A stretch of DNA of 62,296 nucleotides from a virus (taxonomy: Duplodnaviria > Caudoviricetes), in the IMG/VR virus record IMGVR_UViG_3300048894_000062, positions 1-62,296 of that record. One strand, given 5' to 3'. This document shows, piece by piece, positions 8,291 through 17,957 of this stretch (position 1 is its first letter; each line of letters starts with the position of its first letter). The notes beneath the pieces were generated by a model, which ran no database searches, was not told where the DNA came from, and saw nothing but the letters and a program-made list of their open reading frames with translations. The position numbers and the translations under genes were made by a program.

Positions 8291-10246
8291 ATGACCATCC
8301 AAGACGACGTTCTTGCGAAGTATGGTGTGACGACCGCTCCAACAGCGCCGTCCGGCAATGATATCCTTGCCAAGTACGGCGTGAAGGGTGCTCCGGCCCC
8401 AACGACTCCACCGCCTGACGATTGGTCGCTTAGGGCCATGACTGACCGTGGTCTGGCGGCTCCCGGCGCACGCTTTCTCAAGGGCGCAACGCTCGATACA
8501 GCCATAGGCACTGCCCGCATGTTGGCGGACCATACACCGGGGGCGATGGCTATATTCAATCCAGTAGGTGCCATTGCGCATGCCGCTGATCAGGCCGTGC
8601 CGGGAAATCCTCTAAGTAAGGCGTACAACGACTACGTTTCTGCGCCGCTTAAGTCTGTCGAAGACGCAGCCAATGCCCGTGTGGCTGAGGCTCGGGCCAA
8701 TACGGGACGTGGAACAGGACATGACTGGTGGCAGACCGCTGGCGAACTTGCCTCTGGTGCGCTTCCCACGCCGGGTGGTAAGGCGAAGCTTCTAAATGAG
8801 GCTGAAAGAGTCGCTCCAACTGCCGCTGATCTGGCCAACCATTATCTGTTGTCGCTTGCTGGTAAGGCTCAGACCACGCCAGCAAAAATCGCAGCAGCGG
8901 GGGAGGGAGCTAACGCAGGCCGCATGATGACGGGTGCGGAAGCAGCGGGAGCAACTATTCCGCTCACCACTCTTGGCAGACGCTCTCCCACTGTGGGGAA
9001 AGACCTTACGGCACTAGTCGAAACGCGGGCCATGACGGCTCCGGGGCGTGTGAAGGATGATCTGGCCGCTGCTGCCGGTATTCATCCAGATGCGGCGCAG
9101 GGGAACATTGATCAGTTGGTTGCTGATGGTCGTGCAGCAGTCAATCCGCTCTACAAACAGTTCTACGCCAATCATGTTGGCGGACTGATGACTGATGAGC
9201 TTCGTGGGCTCATGCAGCGGCCTGCCGTTCAAAGGGCCATGCAAGATGCTGCCACGACCATTCGTAATGAGGGCCGTGACCCAGCGACGGTTGGCCTCTA
9301 CTTTGACAAGCAGGGAACGCTCGCTAAGGAAGTTAAGCCGACTGGAGAAGCTTGGGATTTGGTGAAAAAGGCGCTTGGCAATCAGGTTGAGCGGTATCCC
9401 AACGGAACGCCAATCCCGTCTTCAATTTCAGCCGGTAATCACTCCATCAACACCGTCAATCATGCCATTGGCGATGCACTCGGTAATGCCGATCCTATCT
9501 ACAAGCAGGCACTCACTCAGAGCGGCGACTATCTAAGCCTGAAGTCTGCGTTTGACCGGGGTGCAAAGGCTGTATTGGACGGCAAGATCAAGCCGGACGA
9601 CCTCGCGGCTGATCTGCAAAAGCTCTCTCCAGCAGAACTGTCAGCATTTCGGGGTGGACTTGCGAACAAGCTGTACGAGATGGCTGGCAACACTCGCGCC
9701 GGGGCCAACTTCAAGGGGCAGGTCTTCATGACCCCATTCGTGAAGGACAAGCTCGCGCTAGTTCTTGGCAAGGATAAGGCGGCTACGTTCCTTGACGGTC
9801 TGCAATCGGAACTGAATCTCGCTGCTTCCGGCAGCCGCATGAAGCCAGCCACGAACAGCACGACATTCGAGCTTAGCAATGAGGCGGCGAACCAAGATGC
9901 GATGCGCCACACCATGGCGGCCCTGCATGCTGCCCACGCTGGAGCTAATTTTCTAACCGGTCGTTTGCTTGGAGGATTTGGGCGTACTATTCAGGCGGCA
10001 CGGCATTATCTGCCAGACCTTACGCGCACACAGGGGCTTACGCCTGAGGCGATGGATTACGCTGGGCAGAAGCTCATGCTCTCCCCGCGTGACCTCGCGA
10101 CCCATCTGGCTACGGTTGCTGCCACGCATATGGGCTCGCCGGTAGCGCCCACAACTTTCCGAAGCTTCTTCGGTAATCCACAGATCAGCAGTCGCTTCTT
10201 CACCACGCCAGCCATCGTTGGCACATCAATGTACGGGGGCCAATAA
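8291..10246 (+). CDS. Ejection protein 3
   Basis: 651-aa Ala-rich helical protein; third of the ejection trio. Confidence 0.65.
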   Translation: MTIQDDVLAKYGVTTAPTAPSGNDILAKYGVKGAPAPTTPPPDDWSLRAMTDRGLAAPGARFLKGATLDTAIGTARMLADHTPGAMAIFNPVGAIAHAADQAVPGNPLSKAYNDYVSAPLKSVEDAANARVAEARANTGRGTGHDWWQTAGELASGALPTPGGKAKLLNEAERVAPTAADLANHYLLSLAGKAQTTPAKIAAAGEGANAGRMMTGAEAAGATIPLTTLGRRSPTVGKDLTALVETRAMTAPGRVKDDLAAAAGIHPDAAQGNIDQLVADGRAAVNPLYKQFYANHVGGLMTDELRGLMQRPAVQRAMQDAATTIRNEGRDPATVGLYFDKQGTLAKEVKPTGEAWDLVKKALGNQVERYPNGTPIPSSISAGNHSINTVNHAIGDALGNADPIYKQALTQSGDYLSLKSAFDRGAKAVLDGKIKPDDLAADLQKLSPAELSAFRGGLANKLYEMAGNTRAGANFKGQVFMTPFVKDKLALVLGKDKAATFLDGLQSELNLAASGSRMKPATNSTTFELSNEAANQDAMRHTMAALHAAHAGANFLTGRLLGGFGRTIQAARHYLPDLTRTQGLTPEAMDYAGQKLMLSPRDLATHLATVAATHMGSPVAPTTFRSFFGNPQISSRFFTTPAIVGTSMYGGQ

Positions 10247-11451
10247 TGGCCGGTTCTAGCGGCATTCCTTCATACAGCACCACGCCACTTACCAACTCCA
10301 CATTTGACGGTGGCAACGGCAACTGGGCAGAAAACCAGCTTCCATCGACCGTGAACAACACGGCCCGGCAACAGACGGCTGATATCCGATCTGCCTTCAA
10401 TGACCTTATCTGGTTCAGCTATGGCAGTGGTGATCAGGCGTCAGGCAGCACATATCTGAGCACGCCGTATGTTTATGCCTCGGCTACATCAGTCACGGTT
10501 GCCGGTGTGGACGTAACGACCGCGCACCATGCGGGACGCCGCATGAAGTTTGTGGGCGCTACTACTGGCACTATCTACGGTGCCATTTCGTCTAGTTCGT
10601 TTTCGACTAACACGACAATCAACATCACATTCGATAGCGGCTCGCTCTCCAATGAGACGTTGACTGGATATCTCAGCCAAGTGCCGGTGACTGGCTCACC
10701 TCTCCCGGGTGGTGGTGGCGGTGTTCTGGCAGCGATTGCCACAAGCGGCAGTGCGTCTGACCTGATCACTGGCACGGTCCCGAATGCACGGTTTCCTGCC
10801 ACTCTGCCTGCCGTCAGTGGTGTCAATCTTACGAACCTCAATGCCAGCAACCTTACGTCTGGCACGGTTCCTGACGCGCGCTTTCCTGCAACGCTGCCAG
10901 CAGCGAGCGGTGTGAACCTCACGGCACTCAATGCCAGCAATCTCGCCTCGGGTACTGTTCCTGACGCTCGCTTCCCGGCCACTTTGCCAGCAGCGAGTGG
11001 CGTCAATCTAACGGCGCTCAACGGCAGCAATATCGCATCGGGCACTGTCGCAGCCGCGCGGCTTCCTGCCGACGTTGCATATCTGGACGTAGCTCAGAGT
11101 TATACAAAGTCGCAGCGCGGCACTCCTGCGACACTTACCGAGTCTGGTAATGCGGTCACTCCTGACTTCGATGCTGCCCAGAACTTCACACTGACGCTGG
11201 TCCACGGTTCTGCTTGTACTTTCAATAATCCAAGCTCAACGCCGGTAGCTGGTCAGAGCGGGGTTATCGAGGTTATCCAGAGCAGCACTGGCAGTGACAC
11301 GATCACTTGGGGAACGCAGTACGTTTCTGCCGGAGGTACATCCACGCTCACTTTGAGCACGGGTGCGAACGCAAAGGATTATATCAGTTACTACGTCGCA
11401 GATTCCACGCACATTGTCATTGCCTTGGGTGCAGCCAATGTTTCCCATTGA
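10246..11451 (+). CDS. Tail fibre with 30-aa tandem repeats
   Basis: N-terminal WAENQLPSTVNNTARQ head-binding-like segment; S/T/G-rich; repeats. Confidence 0.75.
   Translation: MAGSSGIPSYSTTPLTNSTFDGGNGNWAENQLPSTVNNTARQQTADIRSAFNDLIWFSYGSGDQASGSTYLSTPYVYASATSVTVAGVDVTTAHHAGRRMKFVGATTGTIYGAISSSSFSTNTTINITFDSGSLSNETLTGYLSQVPVTGSPLPGGGGGVLAAIATSGSASDLITGTVPNARFPATLPAVSGVNLTNLNASNLTSGTVPDARFPATLPAASGVNLTALNASNLASGTVPDARFPATLPAASGVNLTALNGSNIASGTVAAARLPADVAYLDVAQSYTKSQRGTPATLTESGNAVTPDFDAAQNFTLTLVHGSACTFNNPSSTPVAGQSGVIEVIQSSTGSDTITWGTQYVSAGGTSTLTLSTGANAKDYISYYVADSTHIVIALGAANVSH
10771..11067 (+). repeat. About 3.3 x 90-nt coding tandem repeat (GTVPDARFPATLPAASGVNLTALNASNLAS)
   Basis: Units begin at 10771, 10861, 10951, 11041. 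Confidence 0.9.
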
Positions 11452-12109
11452 TCGTAAGGTATCGCTGCTTCTTTCCGATACTCTGCCAGAGCGCAAGCCT
11501 ACGCGCGTCGATCCGAGAAGTCTCATCTGGCCAGTGGGAGAGAAGTTCTATCGCTCCACGCGCGGAGAACTACATTCGATCAGCGCCTTTCTGGAACTGA
11601 CAGTAGAAGAGTGTCCAGAATATATCGTTGACCCGCGCGCCCATGTGGACACCAACATTCGCAATCTTGAGGCCACGCTTGCGGCACTCAAAGGCAAGAA
11701 CGTCGAAGATGTGTTCGGCAAGGTTATCAATCTCGATCTGGTGAAGTTTACTGACTGGCGGCCCGATACGTGCTTCTGCCACCTTCAGTACATCTGGGAC
11801 CGCAGCACGTCAGAGGACCACCGGGTTCATTATCCGCACCAGCATTTCATTCGCTGTGAGCACCATCAGCGCGGCAATTCTGAGTTCGGTGACTATTGGT
11901 CTGCTGCTCGCGACAACACCCACAAGAACATCTCCATCAGGACGTTGACTGAAGCGTATCCCGATATTGACGGCGGCACGGTAGCTTGGACTTACAACGC
12001 CAATCGCGAACTGACGCTCTGGCATCCTGCACTCTCTTCCTTCGACAAAGAGAACATGCGCCACAAGCTCGCTGAGAAGTTCATTCTTCGCCGTCCGATG
12101 GTGGACTGA
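11438..12109 (+). CDS. Hypothetical protein (possible fibre assembly factor)
   Basis: ATG 11438 overlaps the fibre end; WRPDTCFC..CEHH Cys/His motif. Confidence 0.55.
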   Translation: MFPIDRKVSLLLSDTLPERKPTRVDPRSLIWPVGEKFYRSTRGELHSISAFLELTVEECPEYIVDPRAHVDTNIRNLEATLAALKGKNVEDVFGKVINLDLVKFTDWRPDTCFCHLQYIWDRSTSEDHRVHYPHQHFIRCEHHQRGNSEFGDYWSAARDNTHKNISIRTLTEAYPDIDGGTVAWTYNANRELTLWHPALSSFDKENMRHKLAEKFILRRPMVD

Positions 12110-12112
12110 CCC

Positions 12113-13396
12113 ATGACCACTATGGCGATCTTCGGCTGTGCCAATAGCGGCCCCAATCTTGCGGTACTATCAAGTGCTAGCACATCTAGTTACATTGGAC
12201 TTGTCTCGACTGGAATGGCCCTTGGCCTAGACGGAGGCACTTTTGAAGGGGCAGTTCAGCATAAATGTCGTTCGGCTGGAACGCTGGATAATCTCTATAC
12301 CGTGGTTTCAGCGAATACTCGAACCACAGCGACCACATGCAAGTCTCGCATTGGTAGCTCTAACGGTAATCTATCGGCTTCCATTACGGCGTCCACGACC
12401 GGATCATTTGGCGATACGACACATTCAGATACGCTATCACTGACAAACCTGTTCAATGCTGGCTTTGCAACCGGATCAGGCGCAGGTTCGACAACCATTC
12501 GTAACATCACATCGCGTTTTCAAGCGAGTTCGGGGGCTTCAACCGCTTGGGCGAGTGGCAATACTGGCTTCGTCAGCACTTCTAACACCAACAATATGTT
12601 CACTGGCGGTGCGACGCGAGAAATCCCCTACAATGGCGGCTCATCTGGTGGTGGTGCTACTTACACGCTGTCAACGGATTCACAGGTAAATCTTCTGGTG
12701 CGTGCCTCTGGCACGCTCTCTAACCTCTATGCATTTATCGACTCGAACAGCCGCAGCAACGCAACCACCTATACGCACCGCGCAAACGCTGGTAGCGGCA
12801 ATAACACTGTTTCCGTTGGCGCATCGTCAAATGGCGCTTTTGAGGACACGACGCACAGCGATACGCTGGCCTCTGGCGATCTGGTCAACGTACAAGCGGT
12901 CAACGGCGCTGGTAGCGCCAGCCAGCTTGTCTGCCACCTAGGCGCAACAATAGTCAGCACAAGCGCACCGAAGGTTGACCTCTCCACCGGAGCGACCTCA
13001 ACGACTGCCGATATGAATTACAACGGCGGCACGATCCAATATCTCCAGCCACTCGGATATGGCTTTGATGCGACAGAGGCAAACAGTCAGGCCACCATGC
13101 CTTCGGCCTGCGTGGTAGGAAAAGAACGCGCCTATGTCGTTACCAATGCTTCGAGTGGATACACGATTAATCTTCGAATTGCTGGCGCTGATGGCAACCA
13201 AACTTTCAGTGTTGGATCAACCGCAACCGGGTCATTCGAGGACTCAACGCATACAGATTCTATCTCTGGTGGGCAGCTTTTCTGTCATAAAAAGACCTCT
13301 GCCAACGCTGCATCTCAGATCAATGCGGTGGCGCTTACCCTGAATGCGACCAGCACGTTCGGGTCCAACAAGTTCTTCTTCCGCTCATTCCCATAA
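12113..13396 (+). CDS. Ser/Thr/Gly-rich virion protein with three internal repeats (candidate receptor-binding protein)
   Basis: GSFGDTTHSDTL / GAFEDTTHSDTL / GSFEDSTHTDSI recur about 135-145 aa apart. Confidence 0.65.
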   Translation: MTTMAIFGCANSGPNLAVLSSASTSSYIGLVSTGMALGLDGGTFEGAVQHKCRSAGTLDNLYTVVSANTRTTATTCKSRIGSSNGNLSASITASTTGSFGDTTHSDTLSLTNLFNAGFATGSGAGSTTIRNITSRFQASSGASTAWASGNTGFVSTSNTNNMFTGGATREIPYNGGSSGGGATYTLSTDSQVNLLVRASGTLSNLYAFIDSNSRSNATTYTHRANAGSGNNTVSVGASSNGAFEDTTHSDTLASGDLVNVQAVNGAGSASQLVCHLGATIVSTSAPKVDLSTGATSTTADMNYNGGTIQYLQPLGYGFDATEANSQATMPSACVVGKERAYVVTNASSGYTINLRIAGADGNQTFSVGSTATGSFEDSTHTDSISGGQLFCHKKTSANAASQINAVALTLNATSTFGSNKFFFRSFP

Positions 13397-13406
13397 GAGA
13401 AAACAC

Positions 13407-13772
13407 ATGACGTGGACATATACGCAGCTTCATGGCCAAGCCATCCACAACGGACAGATTGTCGGTATTGGCTATAGCGGATATCACGAAGGCAAGAACA
13501 ATCCAGACATGGAAGCCGTTCATGCCGTTGGCCCTATCCCGCGCGGACACTGGAGAATTGTTCGCTGGGATGACCACCATGGGGATAAAGGCCCTCAAGT
13601 AGCTGTGCTTGAGCCAGTTGGGCACAACGCACATGGCCGGACAGAATTTCTGATCCACGGAGACAGCGCATCGCATCCGGGTGAGGCGTCTCACGGCTGC
13701 ATCATCATGGCTCGCCCCATTCGTGATCAGTGGCGCGCATCTGGTGACATGGACATTGAAGTCACCGCATGA
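13407..13772 (+). CDS. Tlde1/DUF2778-like L,D-transpeptidase-fold protein; putative endolysin
   Basis: GYSG..GKNNP..GPIPRG.W..GR..FLIHGD..ASHGCII; first gene of the lysis cluster. Confidence 0.8.
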   Translation: MTWTYTQLHGQAIHNGQIVGIGYSGYHEGKNNPDMEAVHAVGPIPRGHWRIVRWDDHHGDKGPQVAVLEPVGHNAHGRTEFLIHGDSASHPGEASHGCIIMARPIRDQWRASGDMDIEVTA

Positions 13773-14161
13773 AGGCTGGTGACGCTCAAACATCAACGCC
13801 GTCAGTTCATGTGCCGACTGAGCCCATAAACGGGTTTACCACCATCTGGGGTATTACCATCAACCCCATGGTGATCATCCTCGCGGTGCTCATCATCTTC
13901 ATCGTCTTCGTCATTTGGTACGCACATAGGCGCAGGACTATCGACCTCTGGGATTTGCTCAGAGACGACGTGAACGGAAAAACTTCTAAGACTGCGATAG
14001 CATTCCTTACCGCATTCCTCATGACAAGCTGGGTCATTATTGACCGAGAAATCAAAGCCACGCTCGATGTGACGTTTTTTGCAGCATACCTAGCGGCGTG
14101 GGTAGGACCGCTGACTGCCAAGATCATTTTTAATAAAGCTGGCCCCGAGACCAGAGCGTAG
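13769..14161 (+). CDS. Holin-like membrane protein
   Basis: Three hydrophobic segments; adjacent to the putative lysin. Confidence 0.55.
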   Translation: MKAGDAQTSTPSVHVPTEPINGFTTIWGITINPMVIILAVLIIFIVFVIWYAHRRRTIDLWDLLRDDVNGKTSKTAIAFLTAFLMTSWVIIDREIKATLDVTFFAAYLAAWVGPLTAKIIFNKAGPETRA

Positions 14162-14204
14162 TCCACTGCGTTATGAGTGGGCAATTAAAGCGTAGGAAAG
14201 TTCC

Positions 14205-14462
14205 ATGGCGGGCGTGTCCGTTAAGCAAGAGGCTTTGTTTACGAGAATGTCACAGACCATAGGGGACGCCGCTGCCAAATACTGGCTCGGTGTGGCTGGC
14301 GTTATAACGGCAGCGGGGATTTTGTGGGGCGCGAGTTTTGCTCTGCAATCCAGCATTGCACTCCAACACCTGAACGACAAACAGGAAGCCATGCAGGCGA
14401 CGCTGGTCCAAGTTCAGGATGATGTACGCGATATCAAGGCGAGGCTGAACACTAAGCCGTGA
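14205..14462 (+). CDS. Membrane protein with coiled coil
   Basis: One TM segment plus heptad C-terminus; AGGA RBS. Confidence 0.55.
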   Translation: MAGVSVKQEALFTRMSQTIGDAAAKYWLGVAGVITAAGILWGASFALQSSIALQHLNDKQEAMQATLVQVQDDVRDIKARLNTKP

Positions 14463-14740
14463 ATGAACCGGGCCACCGGCAGAGCGATGATCATTCCAAG
14501 TCCGTCCATGGCTCCGGCTCCATCACCGAAGTCAAACTGATCGGATTCGACAACCGGTTCTTCTCCGCCGTGGCGCTCGCCATCTCGCTCTTGTGCTTCC
14601 TCTACGCCTTCAAAGTAGACCGCGAACAGGCTCAGGAAGCCTACTGGCGGCAGCGAGCAGAATCTTTCCTCGAAACTTTGGCAACGCAGGGGTATAAGGT
14701 TCCTGCCGATCTTCTTCCAAGCAAAGGGGCTAAACCATGA
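14459..14740 (+). CDS. Single-TM membrane protein
   Basis: GTGA overlap; hydrophobic segment. Confidence 0.5.
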   Translation: MNEPGHRQSDDHSKSVHGSGSITEVKLIGFDNRFFSAVALAISLLCFLYAFKVDREQAQEAYWRQRAESFLETLATQGYKVPADLLPSKGAKP

Positions 14741-14949
14741 GCAGCAGCGGCGGCGGCCACATCATCCTCGCACGGAGCCAGCTTGTCTGGACCAATCAGG
14801 ACTTCACCATCACCCTCACGCTCCAGAACGACACGGATTCGAGCGTGACCGTGACCAGCGATCAGTGCGCGGCCATGGTGTCTGGTCTTGATCCGGGCGA
14901 CTATCATACGTCGTGGAACGGCACTAGCTGGAGCACCCCAACACAATGA
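14737..14949 (+). CDS. Hypothetical protein
   Basis: ATGA overlaps at both ends. Confidence 0.5.
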   Translation: MSSSGGGHIILARSQLVWTNQDFTITLTLQNDTDSSVTVTSDQCAAMVSGLDPGDYHTSWNGTSWSTPTQ

Positions 14950-15077
14950 CCGTGCAGACTGTCGAAGATCACATCCGGGCTGAGTGGAACTGGTTGAAGG
15001 CCGCGATTGCGACCCATCCCTACCTGTCAGTTCTGGGAGCCTTGGTAGTTGGCGGAGTCATCGGACACTTCGTCTAA
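14946..15077 (+). CDS. 43-aa tail-anchored membrane peptide (not in ORF track)
   Basis: MTVQTVEDHIRAEWNWLKAAIATHPYLSVLGALVVGGVIGHFV; abuts both neighbours. Confidence 0.55.
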   Translation: MTVQTVEDHIRAEWNWLKAAIATHPYLSVLGALVVGGVIGHFV

Positions 15078-15515
15078 ATGGGCGCTCTGATCGCGTTCTT
15101 TCTAAGCCCTATCGGGCGGCTCATCGGCGTGGGGCTTATCGCTTCCGTCCTTGCTGGCGGAGCCACATTCTGGCTCACCTCTCAGGGCTACAAGGCCACC
15201 ATCAGCCAGATGAAGGCCGATGAAGCCAAGGCAGAGGCAGCCCGCTCCAACGCCATCCTCGCCAAATACCAAGCCTATGCGGCTCAGATTTCGGCAGCGG
15301 CGCAGACCTATGTCGCCACCCAAGGGGCGCTCGATACCAAGATTGGGGACATTCAGAAGGGACTGAAAAGTGTCATTGCGAAGACTCCTCTGCCTCGCGG
15401 TTGCAAGCCTACTGCTGACCGCGTGCGCGTCCTCACCACAGCCGTCTCCGCAGCCAATTCCGCCGCTGGACCAAGCTCTGGCCCAACCGTGCCCGCAACT
15501 AACGGCACCCACTGA
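15078..15515 (+). CDS. i-spanin (Rz-like)
   Basis: N-terminal TM, coiled coil, C-terminal Cys; overlapped by a lipoprotein ORF. Confidence 0.8.
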   Translation: MGALIAFFLSPIGRLIGVGLIASVLAGGATFWLTSQGYKATISQMKADEAKAEAARSNAILAKYQAYAAQISAAAQTYVATQGALDTKIGDIQKGLKSVIAKTPLPRGCKPTADRVRVLTTAVSAANSAAGPSSGPTVPATNGTH

Positions 15516-15618
15516 CGCTGACTACGATGTATGGCTAAGCTGGACCGTTGATGTGCTGGCCAAGTATGGCGCTTGCTCTGCCAAGCATGATGCCATCGTG
15601 AAAGCATGGCCCAAGTGA
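15370..15618 (+). CDS. o-spanin (Rz1-like lipoprotein)
   Basis: Lipobox LLTAC, Pro-rich linker, two further Cys; overlaps the i-spanin in another frame. Confidence 0.8.
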   Translation: MSLRRLLCLAVASLLLTACASSPQPSPQPIPPLDQALAQPCPQLTAPTDADYDVWLSWTVDVLAKYGACSAKHDAIVKAWPK

Positions 15619-15619
15619 C

Positions 15620-15763
15620 ATGGACAAATCTGGATTTCAGGTCGCGCTCACCGTGGCCATGCTGATCGGCGTCGGTGTTGTAGGGTGGTTATCAAATACC
15701 GTCGTCAGTGACGGAGAACGCATCGCTCGGCTGGAACAGGGCGTAGTCTGCATGAGACACTAG
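15620..15763 (+). CDS. 47-aa membrane peptide
   Basis: MDKSGFQVALTVAMLIGVGVVGWL...; one TM. Confidence 0.45.
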   Translation: MDKSGFQVALTVAMLIGVGVVGWLSNTVVSDGERIARLEQGVVCMRH

Positions 15764-15774
15764 GGAGAAACACC

Positions 15775-15933
15775 ATGATTGCTCTGATTTTCTTGATCGT
15801 CGCCTTGGTACTGTTCGCATTGGCGGCACTCGGTGTGCCGGATGCACCACGCTTCAAGCTCATCGCTGGCGGACTGTTCTTCTGGGCTCTGTCCACCGTG
15901 GTCAGTGGCGGCCTAGCCATTCATATCCGCTGA
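15775..15933 (+). CDS. 52-aa two-TM membrane peptide
   Basis: GGGAG RBS; MIALIFLIVALVLFALAALG... Confidence 0.55.
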   Translation: MIALIFLIVALVLFALAALGVPDAPRFKLIAGGLFFWALSTVVSGGLAIHIR

Positions 15934-15935
15934 AC

Positions 15936-16490
15936 TTACGACCTGACCGATATCGGCTGAAGGGCTCCGGAGAAATCCGGGGCTTTTTTCTTTTGGCGCG
16001 AGCGTGGCGGGCGCAGAACGATGGCGAAGTAGTCCGAGTATGTGCTCCACATGAGCCACGACATGCCAAGGAACGCGATAATGGCGGTCGGAACCGATGA
16101 CTCCAAGAAGGACGAAGGCAGCGACAGAACAACGGCGATGGGAACAGGGATAAGCCGCATCCACGGCGGATAGGCGAAGTACTGAACGACCGGTGTTGGG
16201 ACCATGGCTTCCGTGGTCTCGTATATCCGGCTCGCTTCTTCCAGCCTCCGGATTTTCGGGACGTTAAAAGTAAACACTATGACCATGATGAAGCAATCTA
16301 AGCCTACGTTCCCCCACCAGCGCATGAGCATGGAGCGCCCCGCAAGCAACGCGACTGCCGCTATCTCGATGATCAGGCAGTAGATGGCCAAATCATAGTG
16401 GTTGCGGCTGAAATGGTAGTCCGTCCAGTCCGCGATGCGCGTAAAGACCTTGCGGTTCAGCCACCAATCCAGCCGTTCTGCGCGTGTCAT
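15936..16490 (-). CDS. Multi-TM membrane protein
   Basis: About four hydrophobic segments. Confidence 0.6.
   Translation of the reverse strand: MTRAERLDWWLNRKVFTRIADWTDYHFSRNHYDLAIYCLIIEIAAVALLAGRSMLMRWWGNVGLDCFIMVIVFTFNVPKIRRLEEASRIYETTEAMVPTPVVQYFAYPPWMRLIPVPIAVVLSLPSSFLESSVPTAIIAFLGMSWLMWSTYSDYFAIVLRPPRSRQKKKAPDFSGALQPISVRS
15959..15994 (+). terminator. Rho-independent terminator ending the late operon
   Basis: GCTCCGGA-GAAA-TCCGGGGC followed by TTTTTTCTTTT. Confidence 0.8.
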
Positions 16491-16675
16491 TGCACCCGCT
16501 CCACTTCGAAAGCGTCCTTGGTTCTGCGCCAGACGAAGACCTTGGGCGCATATTTGAGGTTGGCCCGACTGACGGACTGTTTCACCCCGTCAGGCGTGCC
16601 CTTGTAGGGCTTGGGAACGCCCACCTTCATGGTCTTCCACTTCAGGCCCAGATGGCGGAAGTATTTCTTGGCCAT
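16487..16675 (-). CDS. Small basic protein (MAKKYFRH...)
   Basis: Coupled overlaps at both ends. Confidence 0.5.
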   Translation of the reverse strand: MAKKYFRHLGLKWKTMKVGVPKPYKGTPDGVKQSVSRANLKYAPKVFVWRRTKDAFEVERVQ

Positions 16676-17007
16676 TAGCCACCAAGACTTGCGATGCAGG
16701 CTTGCACGGTCGGCGTCAGTTCCGGGCCGGTGTAGTCCTGAGCCCGGCGCTTGATCATGTCCGCGATCATGGCCTTTGCGGCTGGATCGGTTGCCTGCCG
16801 GTATTGGAGGCACAGGTTCTCGAAATCGCGCTGCGAGCCCTGCTGATAGGCGAGAGACTGGCCGTAGGTGAGGCGGCGCGTTTCCTCGGCATAGGGTGCG
16901 GCATGGCGATTGAAGAACAGGCCCCAGATTGCCAGCCCGCTCACCACAATGACCATCGCAATCACGACAACAACGCCTGCGATGCCAGAAAGGATTCCGT
17001 CACGCAT
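16675..17007 (-). CDS. Membrane-anchored periplasmic protein
   Basis: N-terminal TM, two Cys; GGAG RBS. Confidence 0.6.
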   Translation of the reverse strand: MRDGILSGIAGVVVVIAMVIVVSGLAIWGLFFNRHAAPYAEETRRLTYGQSLAYQQGSQRDFENLCLQYRQATDPAAKAMIADMIKRRAQDYTGPELTPTVQACIASLGG

Positions 17008-17019
17008 GATGATGCTCCC

Positions 17020-17565
17020 TTACTTGGTGGTTGGCTTGTCGGCAGTGCAGTCCTGCGCCACGACCGGGCCGGTGAGTCGGAATGGCGAAACCGTCACGCG
17101 CGGCTCGACATAGACGGCCTCAACCGTATTCGTGGCCGGGTCCAGCATTTGGAGCCACGTACCCTCGGCGTTGTCAGGCATGAACAGGCCGTTCGGTTCC
17201 GGCTGCGGCATGGGGCCGTCGCAGTAGTGCTCGCCGCAATCATGGCGCGAGTAGACCTGCGGGTTGGAGAACTGGACGGCGTATGGAATGCCGTATCCCA
17301 CAGAGCGGCCAAGGCAGATCAGTCTGCCGTCGATGCCCTGCATATAGGCCCACGTAGGAACTTGCTTGTCGCGGAGTTCGTAGAGGTCGTGGACCATGTG
17401 CTTCTCGGCCCAATTCACAATGGCGGGCACAGGGACGGCCCGGTCGGCTTCTGCCGCCATCTTGGCCGTCACTTCGGCTTGGTGCTGGTCGGCGTTTGGG
17501 GCAGCGGGCTCGCCACAGCCTGAAAGCATGGCGGCAATCGAAAGGAATAGAATGTGCTTTTTCAT
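17020..17565 (-). CDS. Lipoprotein
   Basis: Signal peptide with LSGC lipobox; SVGYGIPYAVQFSNP..PQPEPNGLF motif. Confidence 0.7.
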   Translation of the reverse strand: MKKHILFLSIAAMLSGCGEPAAPNADQHQAEVTAKMAAEADRAVPVPAIVNWAEKHMVHDLYELRDKQVPTWAYMQGIDGRLICLGRSVGYGIPYAVQFSNPQVYSRHDCGEHYCDGPMPQPEPNGLFMPDNAEGTWLQMLDPATNTVEAVYVEPRVTVSPFRLTGPVVAQDCTADKPTTK

Positions 17566-17957
17566 GGCTTCCTCCGCGAAACACTCCCGTCGAAATGACG
17601 GGTTAGCGTCCGATCAAATCCTCGACTCTTAAGTAAACCCTTCTTCTTAGGTTTACAAGAGGTTTTGGCGAGTATTCTTCTGATTTTCGCCGCGCCGTGA
17701 ATATCGCTTCCGACCGTTGTCGCCTTGGTGCCGAAGGTCTTAACCTTGTGGCACTGCACACAAAGAAGCTGCTTGTTCTCGAACGTATCTGTGCCACCGA
17801 AGACCAGAGCTATGTGGTGATCGATGTGGAAGACTTCCAACTGACAGCCGCACTTGGCGCACTGATGGTTCTGAAGTCTCTTCAGGCGCTCGATATCGCT
17901 CCGCCTTGTGTACCGCTTAGCCGCCACTCCCGGCCAAGTCCCATGGCGTTCTCCCAC
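17562..17957 (-). CDS. HNH endonuclease
   Basis: CAKC..HIDHHIAL..GG....N.QLLCVQCHKVKT. Confidence 0.8.
   Translation of the reverse strand: MGERHGTWPGVAAKRYTRRSDIERLKRLQNHQCAKCGCQLEVFHIDHHIALVFGGTDTFENKQLLCVQCHKVKTFGTKATTVGSDIHGAAKIRRILAKTSCKPKKKGLLKSRGFDRTLTRHFDGSVSRRKP

Noticed and set aside
10771-11067. Tandem repeats as a CRISPR array or DGR template
   Set aside because: In-frame 90-nt coding repeats with synonymous divergence; no spacers, cas or reverse transcriptase genes
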